A DNA stretch of 32,847 bases from a virus. Its lineage: Duplodnaviria > Caudoviricetes. The stretch spans positions 1 through 32,847 of IMG/VR virus record IMGVR_UViG_3300027769_000090, one strand, 5' to 3'. The notes beneath the pieces were generated by a model, which saw only the letters and a program-made list of their open reading frames with translations, was not told the DNA's origin and made no database searches. How positions within the stretch are numbered: the first letter of the stretch is position 1; each line of letters starts with the position of its first letter. A program made the translations under genes and the position numbers. Of this stretch, positions 23,341 to 32,847 are shown piece after piece.

Positions 23341-24567
23341 TTATTTGATTGTATTTCTCTTTGCTTGTGCTAAGCGTAGAGACATTCTTGGCATGTTATC
23401 TGGTAGGAAGTTTAGAACTGATGGATGATCTCCAACAATCTTTCCACCCTGTCCAGGTACATCTACTACATTGATAATGTTAGCAGAAGTCTCTAATTCT
23501 TCATCTTCAACTTCTTCTAGTGGAGATTCAGATGACTCTTCTTCTTCTGACTCTACTTCTACTCCATTATTACCAAGTAGTGTACCCATGACTTCTACAG
23601 CCTTCATGACATATTCATGACCTTCTGTTAGGTCTCCAAAGATGCTCTCTAATACTAATAATGAGTCACCACTTACTTCTCTACCCTCTTTTATTTGGGC
23701 AATGGCTCTCTTAATTGCTTCTCTAGCCTCTACAGAAGTTGCTGGATATGCTGGATATGTGACGATTGATACATCACCATCAGCAAGGCTAACCTCTGTT
23801 AGGCTTCTTTCTGTACGGTCATCATTCCACTTTTGGCGAATAACACGGAAAGCAAAGGACATTTGGTCAACATCTCCACGCTCAACAAGAGTATATAGAT
23901 CTCTTGCCTCTTGTGTATTTGCTAACTCTGCTTCAAAGTATAGTCCTCTTTCATCTTCAGTTAATCTCATTGTACCGTTTTTGGTTCTGGCCATTGGCAA
24001 CCCTTCGTGGTTAACCAATAATCTAACATCAGGTGTCTCACTGAGTGTCTTTCTGAATGCACCTGGTGCAATCTTTTCAATAAATGGCAGTGGAACAGAT
24101 GGCTCATTGAATACTGCAGCATAACCAGCCATACGCATAGTACCATCTTCTGCCTGTCTTGCTTCTATGTCTCTGACCGTAAAGGTACGGCGTTCAGTCT
24201 TCTTCATCTTGCTCCTTGCTTTATTAGTTTCATTATCTAATTTATCAATTTGGCGTTGTGCCCAATCCTGAGCAGCATCATCAAAATCTGCATTTCCACC
24301 CCAAAGTAGCCAAGCAACTAGGCCTGCTCCTGGATATTCTGGATCTTCAGTATTGCTATTCTTTGGTGCTTGTCCATCTGCCTTGTGTCTTGCGAACCAA
24401 GGTGCCATCTTTCTTACTTTGTTGTCAGAGATATTGCCATCAGCCATCTCTCTTGCTTCTCTTTTAGTAGCATCAGTAAGTCCGTCGCCACCAAAACCTT
24501 CTGCCAAATAATCTAGTCCTCTTTGTGCATTATTTCTAATGAACTGTGGAACATTGTCTATAGGCAT
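23341..24567 (-). CDS. HK97-family prohead protease with N-terminal extra domain and acidic tail
   Basis: GYAAVFN, E.IAPGAF, LL.NH, L.EDERGL, QMSFAF, DVS.VTYPAY. Confidence 0.93.
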   Translation of the reverse strand: MPIDNVPQFIRNNAQRGLDYLAEGFGGDGLTDATKREAREMADGNISDNKVRKMAPWFARHKADGQAPKNSNTEDPEYPGAGLVAWLLWGGNADFDDAAQDWAQRQIDKLDNETNKARSKMKKTERRTFTVRDIEARQAEDGTMRMAGYAAVFNEPSVPLPFIEKIAPGAFRKTLSETPDVRLLVNHEGLPMARTKNGTMRLTEDERGLYFEAELANTQEARDLYTLVERGDVDQMSFAFRVIRQKWNDDRTERSLTEVSLADGDVSIVTYPAYPATSVEAREAIKRAIAQIKEGREVSGDSLLVLESIFGDLTEGHEYVMKAVEVMGTLLGNNGVEVESEEEESSESPLEEVEDEELETSANIINVVDVPGQGGKIVGDHPSVLNFLPDNMPRMSLRLAQAKRNTIK

Positions 24568-25973
24568 TATTCCTTGACCTCATCACTGTAAGCAGCCTTT
24601 GGATCTGCTGGATCAACCAAAGACACTTGCTGTAGTTGTGCTGAAGGAAGTCCTGTGTGATTTAGATCTGCCATATCAAGCATCTTAGCAACATCATCTG
24701 GGTTGTAACCAACCTGTACAAGGATAGAAGCAATTTCAGCCTTCATCTTATCTCCAACAAGTGGTGCTTGATTAGCATCAATGTTTTGTAGAGGAAGTCT
24801 GTATTGATCTCCTTGCTCACCAAGTGATGAAAGGTCTTCGTAGTTGCGTACATCATTTAGTGACAAGAAGCCTTCTCTTAGTCCCTTTGTGTAAGCATCA
24901 AAACGCTCAATTGTAGTACCACGCAAAAGTGCATCTAGGTTAAAGCGAATAAATCCATCTGGCTCAGGAAGCAGTGGAGATAGTGCTTGTTCCAAACGCT
25001 CTAGCAATGGACGCAATGAGTGTTGTACAAATGAAAGGTTCTGTGCTTCTACAGATGCATAAGACATAGCACCTTGTGAAGGATGACCTAATAGGCTTAG
25101 TGGGACACGGAATATTCTTGCAATGTCCTCCACATTGAAGCGTCTGACCTCAATGAGTTGTGCGTCTGCAGCGTTTAGTGTTAGTGGCTTAAATGCTGCA
25201 CCACCAGAAAGAATACCAACCTTACCAGACATGTATGGTCCAGCATGTGATTCTTGCCAGTTAGTAGAAATGTCTCTTGCTTGATCTGGTGTTAATTCAC
25301 CAGCAACTTCAATAACTCCACCAGGATTTGATGCATTACCAAAATATGAAGCAGCATAAGTATCAGATGCTTGTGCAATACCAACAGACATACGGCAAGC
25401 ACCAATTGGGCTTAATCCATAATATGATCCTGGCATTCTAAATAGTGGAATATGTAGAAGTTCTCTATTTGTAAGAATCTTATCAAAGATACCTTTTTCT
25501 GTATCCTTAACTCTGTAAATAAGTGGCTCACCTGGAGCAAGTCTTTCAATTCTAATTTCATTTGGATTCAATACATATAGTTCTGTTACTTCATCATTAT
25601 CATCTCGTACCGTCAAAATAAATGCATTACCATGTAGGTGTAGAGAAGTAATTACTTGCTCAATAAATTCTAGTCTTGTTGTTTCTGGATTTGGCTTATT
25701 AACCCATTCTGGAGTATAGTTATAAACTGATGCATATGAAAGACGATTACGCCCTCTGCGTACATAAGCACCCATTGGCAATGAAGCGATAGTATCTCCA
25801 AGCAATCTTACGCATGAATAAACTGTAGATGTACGAATAGCAGACTCTGTATCAACATAGGTACCTGTATTGGCTACACCAAACAAAGGACGAGGTGGAA
25901 TCAATGGAAGTATGTATTGACTGTTCATGTCTCTGGCTTCACCAGATGCCTTTAGTCTTTTGGATAGACTCAT
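24567..25973 (-). CDS. portal protein, HK97 family
   Basis: VYSCV..L...IASLP, L.GNAF, GLSPI, YF.N...PGG, IARIFRVP..LLG, S.N.VR..E.L. Confidence 0.95.
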   Translation of the reverse strand: MSLSKRLKASGEARDMNSQYILPLIPPRPLFGVANTGTYVDTESAIRTSTVYSCVRLLGDTIASLPMGAYVRRGRNRLSYASVYNYTPEWVNKPNPETTRLEFIEQVITSLHLHGNAFILTVRDDNDEVTELYVLNPNEIRIERLAPGEPLIYRVKDTEKGIFDKILTNRELLHIPLFRMPGSYYGLSPIGACRMSVGIAQASDTYAASYFGNASNPGGVIEVAGELTPDQARDISTNWQESHAGPYMSGKVGILSGGAAFKPLTLNAADAQLIEVRRFNVEDIARIFRVPLSLLGHPSQGAMSYASVEAQNLSFVQHSLRPLLERLEQALSPLLPEPDGFIRFNLDALLRGTTIERFDAYTKGLREGFLSLNDVRNYEDLSSLGEQGDQYRLPLQNIDANQAPLVGDKMKAEIASILVQVGYNPDDVAKMLDMADLNHTGLPSAQLQQVSLVDPADPKAAYSDEVKE

Positions 25974-26000
25974 TTAATTACCCTTTTCCCTTAGTTAATT

Positions 26001-29403
<3,403 letters not shown>

Positions 29404-29411
<8 letters not shown>

Positions 29412-29760
29412 TTGCTGTTACCTGAGCCCTTACTGTTATTTGACCTTGAATTAAACGAGTGATCTCAGAACCTGCTGTAAGTTCTAAATCATAAAGATAA
29501 AATCCTGCTGGTATCGCTTCTGTCTGCAAAACAGTTGCAAGAACAGCAATGCCTCCAGTTAAAGGAGTAATTGTAAGTCCACCATTAGATGTAGTTAGTG
29601 TCAAAACAGCATTAGATGTGAACTTTTCTCTAAGTTGCATACGAGCAGTATAACCAGTAAGATTAACTGGGTTTCCGTTGTAGTCTGTATAAACAATGTT
29701 TACAGTCCAAGTAGCCCCTTGATCAATTACTGTGTTATATATACCTGCAGTACCTGGCAT
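29404..29760 (-). CDS. fibre-base/adaptor protein (BppU-N-like Ig fold)
   Basis: YN..IDQGATW......[13 protein letters not shown]...YDLEL...RL.QG...V pattern commonly found before fibre genes. Confidence 0.7.
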
Positions 29761-29763
29761 CTT

Positions 29764-29913
29764 TTATTCCTTTTCCGTTACCCAAATTAAAAAGCCACCA
29801 AGAGCAATAAAACTAATTGGTGGGAATATCAAAAATAGACCGTATGTCGTAAGGCTTACTCCAACTATCTCTGTAGTTAGTGACCAATCTATATTTGGCT
29901 TCTTTAGTTTCAT
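29764..29913 (-). CDS. small two-helix membrane protein (49 aa, not in ORF track)
   Basis: MKLKKPNIDWSLTTEIVGVSLTTYGLFLIFPPISFIALGGFLIWVTEKE; AAGGAG RBS; such genes often follow terL in HK97-like phages. Confidence 0.7.
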   Translation of the reverse strand: MKLKKPNIDWSLTTEIVGVSLTTYGLFLIFPPISFIALGGFLIWVTEKE

Positions 29914-29925
29914 GATGCTCCTTAT

Positions 29926-31440
29926 TTATTTAAATGAATAAAATCTTGGTACAGGCTGCTTAGGTGGTGCTGGTTGTGTGCTTCTATCATACCCAAAAAT
30001 AGCAGCAACTGCTGCGTCAATCTTGCGTTTGTTATTAGCCTTAGAGACCATCAGACCTCTTGATGAAGTCTTTGTTACACAGTTTGCAATGTGTCTTGCT
30101 AGTCTTGGATCTCCATCATGTGTGAAAGAACCGTTAACTACTGCTTCATAAAACTTTTGTGTTGCTGGCACCATACGCTCTGCAGAGTTAGGATATGAAA
30201 TCACAGGTAGACCTGCTTCATCTAGAACCATGAATGTTCTATTCCATCTTGCTGGGTCAAAGACAATTTCACGAACACTGAAATCTGGATTTCTGTAGTA
30301 ATCAACAATTGTCTCTTCCACCTCTGCAACATTAACATGCCAATTTGGATCAGGATCTACCTCTGGTATTTCCCACAATCCAATAATTTTAAGATGAGGC
30401 TTTTCGCCTCCAAGGAACCAACCAACAACTGCAGTTGCATCATTAGAGAAAGCACCATCAAAAGCAATTATAGCATCTTCTCCAGGAATATGCTCTCTGT
30501 CTTTAAGAGTAAGTGCCTCCCATAAATCAGAGTTGATCCATGATGCACCTGTACTTGTCCAGATATTCAAACGCTTAGTTTTAAATTCATTCTCTGGTGT
30601 AAGTGCTGCAGCAGACTGCATATCCTCTTCAGAAACGATATCTCCAAGGGATGGATTGGCTAAAGCCCAGTTTGCTTCGTCCTTATAATTGAGTTTTTCG
30701 TCTCCCTGCCACCATGCAAAGAAGAAAGTAGGGTCTTCAATCTCGCCTTTTGTGAGTTGAATACCTCTGTTGTACATAGAATAGCAGACAGAATCCTTAC
30801 CAGAAGAGTCATATTTAGAGCCTGCTGTGGTAATTGCTACCAACATTGGCTCAGTTCTAGCACCCATAGATAGTGATAAAACATCATATAACTCTCTATT
30901 TGGCTGTGCATGTAACTCATCAAGTACGATAAATGTAGAGTTTAAACCTTCTTTTGTGTATGCATCAGAAGATAATGCTCTATAAACAGATCCAGTGCTA
31001 GGGTTATATATAGTGTTTTGGAATACTTGTAGTATTTCACTTAACTCTGGTTCTAGTTCAATCATTTTCTTTACCGTTTTAAAAATAATACGAGCCTGTT
31101 CTTTATCAGCAGCAGCAGAATAAATCTGACCACCACGAACACCAAGAACTAATTGCTCTAAAACAAGTGAAGCGATAAGAGCAGACTTGCCGTTCTTTCT
31201 GGCTACGCCAATTAGAGCACGGCGATGTTTTAGAAGGCCATCTTCTCTTTCAGCATACAAATGTAGCAATAAATCTTTTTGCCAGTCACGCAATAGAAAC
31301 TTGTCTCCAGTATTTCCAGCGATAGAGTCTTCAGTCAGGCGACATAGAGTCTCTATGAAGTCAATAGCCTCATATCCACGACTGTTGGCTAACTCTGTTT
31401 TAGAAACGGGCGATAAATAAGTAGGTGGCCACATGCTCAC
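29926..31440 (-). CDS. terL: terminase large subunit
   Basis: L..WQ, Walker A ARKNGKS, Walker B IVLDELH, ITTAG, ANPSLG, nuclease DG....D, KIDAAVA. Confidence 0.96.
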   Translation of the reverse strand: MSMWPPTYLSPVSKTELANSRGYEAIDFIETLCRLTEDSIAGNTGDKFLLRDWQKDLLLHLYAEREDGLLKHRRALIGVARKNGKSALIASLVLEQLVLGVRGGQIYSAAADKEQARIIFKTVKKMIELEPELSEILQVFQNTIYNPSTGSVYRALSSDAYTKEGLNSTFIVLDELHAQPNRELYDVLSLSMGARTEPMLVAITTAGSKYDSSGKDSVCYSMYNRGIQLTKGEIEDPTFFFAWWQGDEKLNYKDEANWALANPSLGDIVSEEDMQSAAALTPENEFKTKRLNIWTSTGASWINSDLWEALTLKDREHIPGEDAIIAFDGAFSNDATAVVGWFLGGEKPHLKIIGLWEIPEVDPDPNWHVNVAEVEETIVDYYRNPDFSVREIVFDPARWNRTFMVLDEAGLPVISYPNSAERMVPATQKFYEAVVNGSFTHDGDPRLARHIANCVTKTSSRGLMVSKANNKRKIDAAVAAIFGYDRSTQPAPPKQPVPRFYSFK

Positions 31441-32240
31441 ACCTTTAGGGCAAACGATAGCCTGTCATTGTCTATATCAATTTCCAAGACTTCTACTTCT
31501 ACATCATGGCCAATAGTAAATTGCTCAGGAGTATACTTGCCCATTTTAGTCTTGTGCAATAGTCCAGAGACCATGCCCAATGAAACAAATACGCCAAAGT
31601 TTGTGATACCTGAGACCTTGCCTACATAGACTTCGCCTTGTCTTAGTTTTCCAAACTCTGCTATCTTATCTTGCTTAAATTCATTTTGCAAAAGTGCTTT
31701 TCGTGAGATAACAATATTACCCTTTTCTCTTTCAAACTGGATAACCTTGGCTTCAACAGTTTTTCCAATCCAAGAACTAAAGTCTTCTGTTCTTTCTACA
31801 TGGAATTGAGATGCAGGTAAGAATGCTCTTACTCCAATATCTACAATCATTCCACCCTTAACAATTTTAGTGATCTCGCCAGAGACAACATTATTATCAG
31901 AATGGAATATGGCCTCAATTGAGTTCCATAGCATCTCTACTTCTGCTTGCTTCATAGATAATGTATATTGGCCTTCTTCGTCAATAGAAAGAACTGTGCC
32001 TTCTACTGCCTGGCCAATTGACAGGACTTCATTAATATCAGAAATGCGTCTTGCTGTTACTTCTCTTCTTGGAACAAAGGCTTCTGTCTTATAGCCAATA
32101 TCAACAAGGACTCCTTCACGATCAATTCCTACTACTATGCCCTTGACCATATCGTTAACCTGAATATACTTTATTGATTCGTCAATTGCCTTTAGGAAGT
32201 CTTCTGCTGTTCCTATGTCGTTAATTGCTACTTGATTCAT
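31437..32240 (-). CDS. rpsA: 30S ribosomal protein S1 (bS1) homolog, three S1 domains, C-terminally truncated
   Basis: QVAINDIG.AEDFL.AID..IKY, DIGYKTE, VKGG.I.DIG.R.FLPAS, N.V.SR.A.L, G.VS.I.NFG.FV.LG.V.GL.H, V.VEVL..D.D..R.S..LK are collinear with actinobacterial RpsA D1-D3. Confidence 0.92.
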   Translation of the reverse strand: MNQVAINDIGTAEDFLKAIDESIKYIQVNDMVKGIVVGIDREGVLVDIGYKTEAFVPRREVTARRISDINEVLSIGQAVEGTVLSIDEEGQYTLSMKQAEVEMLWNSIEAIFHSDNNVVSGEITKIVKGGMIVDIGVRAFLPASQFHVERTEDFSSWIGKTVEAKVIQFEREKGNIVISRKALLQNEFKQDKIAEFGKLRQGEVYVGKVSGITNFGVFVSLGMVSGLLHKTKMGKYTPEQFTIGHDVEVEVLEIDIDNDRLSFALKV

Positions 32241-32745
32241 TGTCTATCATTTCCCCTTGTGTTGTGTCTTCTTCTGCAAATACTAGTTTAGCACGATTTT
32301 CTCGTCTCTCCAATAATTTATCAATTGAAGTTGCTGCTCTTACTTCTGCTACTCCAAGACGAGATCTTGAAACTGGATCAAAGCCAAGTGAGGTCAGAGA
32401 ATCAGTATACGCTTTATTGATAGCAACATAAGCCTTAGCATCTGCAGGCTCTGTAGAAATCATATATCTATCTCTTGCTGCTTCATTAGCATCAGCCAAA
32501 TGTGCTGCATTTTTAATAGCCTCAATATCACTAACAGGGCTAAGCCAAGTAACAGCCACACCCCAAGCACGATTCCATAAATCTAATCCAGATTGCTTAA
32601 GGCTCTCTGGTGGTGTTGGTATTTCTCTCGCCATAGGCAAATGACTAATTGTATTTAAATCAGGCAAAGGTCTTCCACCAGGGTTGCCTAATATTCTTTT
32701 TAGTTCATTTGGCTTAGGAGGTCGTCCTGCCGTTGGTTGAGCCAT
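32221..32745 (-). CDS. terS: terminase small subunit (P27-family-like)
   Basis: GRPPKP.ELK...GNPG.R.L, P.PP.L, LGF.P.SR.RL. Confidence 0.9.
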   Translation of the reverse strand: MAQPTAGRPPKPNELKRILGNPGGRPLPDLNTISHLPMAREIPTPPESLKQSGLDLWNRAWGVAVTWLSPVSDIEAIKNAAHLADANEAARDRYMISTEPADAKAYVAINKAYTDSLTSLGFDPVSRSRLGVAEVRAATSIDKLLERRENRAKLVFAEEDTTQGEMIDNESSSN

Positions 32746-32847
32746 TATTTATTTTTTTCCATTTCTATTCGTCCCCTTTTCAAACATGGTTGACACTTTT
32801 GTCCCAAATGTCCAAATCTTGTAATTTCGCTATGATATATACGAAAG

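Noticed and set aside
31437-32240. S1 gene as host contamination or prophage boundary
   Set aside because: It overlaps both terminase genes, ends cleanly at a domain boundary and has no other host genes nearby; read mapping is still advisable.
32790-32795. Plus-strand TTGACA near the right end
   Set aside because: No properly spaced -10 element and no plus-strand gene downstream.

Overview
This looks like an essentially complete, AT-rich, ~32.8 kb HK97-type long-tailed (siphovirus-like) phage genome, opened between the small terminase gene (right end) and a terminase-associated HNH gene (left end). Every credible gene is on the minus strand. Reading right to left: terS, a 3-domain ribosomal protein S1 (RpsA) homolog, terL, a collagen-like fibre, portal, prohead protease, major capsid, neck genes, two tandem tail-tube paralogs, a G/GT tail chaperone with a -1 slippery site, tape measure and minor tail genes. 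Next is an accessory module: an (IIATP)18 Pro/Thr repeat protein, small Cys-rich proteins, three 2OG-Fe(II) oxygenases, an O-fucosyltransferase-like enzyme and a GDP-mannose 3,5-epimerase-like enzyme. After that come holin-like genes, HNH/zinc-finger genes, an SLT/Rpf-like transglycosylase, a GT4 glycosyltransferase and several structured non-coding regions. The S1 N-terminus resembles actinobacterial RpsA; with the low GC this suggests a low-GC (freshwater-type) actinobacterial host (inference). I recognise no integrase, repressor, polymerase, primase or helicase. Strongest leads: (1) a translation-control set of truncated S1, leaderless promoters and a promoter/terminator-bounded small RNA carrying the 16S anti-Shine-Dalgarno sequence; (2) a putative hydroxylation plus L-galactose/fucose O-glycosylation pathway encoded next to its likely substrate. 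All family assignments are by motif recognition from memory; no searches were run.
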